Shown piece by piece: positions 63,218-64,000 of a DNA stretch of 64,000 nt. Below the pieces are notes generated by a model. The model worked only from the letters and a program-made list of their open reading frames with translations. It was not told where the DNA came from and ran no database searches. The stretch comes from a virus (Duplodnaviria > Caudoviricetes), in IMG/VR virus record IMGVR_UViG_3300049144_000095, positions 187,160 through 251,159 of that record. One strand, given 5' to 3'. The position numbers and the translations under genes are program-made. Positions within the stretch are counted from its first letter, which is position 1. Each line of letters begins with the position of its first letter.

Positions 63218-63952
63218 GTGACACCGAAAGTGGAGCGCGTGCTGCCACCCTTCATGCAGATCGCAGAGGCTTACCGCACGCAGATCAGAGAGGGCGCCCT
63301 GCCTCAGGGCGCCCGGCTCCCGTCGATCCCGAACATCGCCCTGGACGCCGGAGTCGCTACGGCGACGGCAGCCAAGGCGATCCGGCAGCTCCAGAGGGAG
63401 GGATATGTCCGGTCGACGCGACAGGGGACGTTCGTCGACCTGGCGGGCAAGATGACCAGCGGAGCGGACCGCCTCCAGATGCTGAGGGCGACGGGTGGCG
63501 GACTGAGAACGGGGGAAGAGGTCGAGGTCACGGCGGCCGAGATGGTCTACATGTCGGGAGACATCGCGGACGCTCTCGCCATCAACGACGGCGGAGGGGT
63601 GATCCGGCGACGCAGGGTCTACCGCGACGGGGATGGAGTGATCGCCGTGTCGACGTCCTGGCTCCCGGGCGCCCTGGCCGACACCGCCCCTGAACTCCTG
63701 ACCTTGGGACCCTTGCCTCAGATGACCTTCGGGTTGATCGAGGAGCGCACCGGACGACGTGCATCCCGGCGAAGCGACCGGGTGGCCATCAAGGCTGCTC
63801 CCGACGACATCGCCGTACACCTGGAGGTTCCGGCGGGAACCCCGGTGCTGGCCATGACCAACCAGTACTGGGACCAGAACGGCGACCCCATCGAGTACGC
63901 CCTGGACTTCCTCGGGGCTGGCAGAGAGTTGTCCGCTGAGTACAACATCTGA
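63218..63952 (+). CDS. GntR-family regulator with UTRA domain (KorSA/TraR-like)
   Basis: PFMQIAEAYRTQIREG.L..GARLPS...GVATATAAKAIRQLQREGYV...QGTFV; UTRA C-domain. Confidence 0.92.
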   Translation: MTPKVERVLPPFMQIAEAYRTQIREGALPQGARLPSIPNIALDAGVATATAAKAIRQLQREGYVRSTRQGTFVDLAGKMTSGADRLQMLRATGGGLRTGEEVEVTAAEMVYMSGDIADALAINDGGGVIRRRRVYRDGDGVIAVSTSWLPGALADTAPELLTLGPLPQMTFGLIEERTGRRASRRSDRVAIKAAPDDIAVHLEVPAGTPVLAMTNQYWDQNGDPIEYALDFLGAGRELSAEYNI

Positions 63953-64000
63953 CCACAATGAGACGGGGGGTCGGTTGCAGGGTTGTGGCCTCCCTGCAAC

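Overview
High-GC, Streptomyces-type mobile replicon that mixes plasmid and phage modules (phage-plasmid or large plasmid/prophage). No rRNA, CRISPR array, capsid, portal or terminase gene is visible in this window. Left arm, mostly minus strand: three tandem RepL-like winged-helix genes (one fused to a T5orf172/GIY-YIG domain and missing from the ORF track) beside a 22-bp-period iteron-like array, a degenerate tyrosine recombinase, a RelE-like toxin-antitoxin pair, many small hypothetical genes, and a replisome block (wHTH initiator-like, DnaB, Toprim primase). From about 16.8 kb, mostly plus strand: HIT hydrolase, vWA protein behind a PafBC/RecA-NDp-type promoter, a 2166-aa repeat-rich tail-fibre/depolymerase-like protein, HU, an FtsK/TraB-like ATPase, and a ~900-nt non-coding RNA island. 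That island holds tRNA-Ile(GAU) plus three tandem Y-RNA-like (Yrl) genes with a shared scaffold but different tRNA-mimic cargo, followed by a small Cys-rich ORF and Ro60/TROVE. Further right: ATP-grasp (Ter-type), SNF2-like helicase, HD hydrolase, Thg1-like 3'-5' polymerase, ParA plus partner with two copies of a 22-bp palindrome, a lysis cassette, SLOG, NlpC/P60, SpdB-like, MazG-like and GntR-UTRA genes. A palindrome, GGCCTAGGCC, recurs in intergenic/promoter positions across the window. The strongest candidate for an undescribed system is the Ro60 + modular Y-RNA array that displays anticodon loops. All family assignments come from motif recognition by eye; no database search was run.
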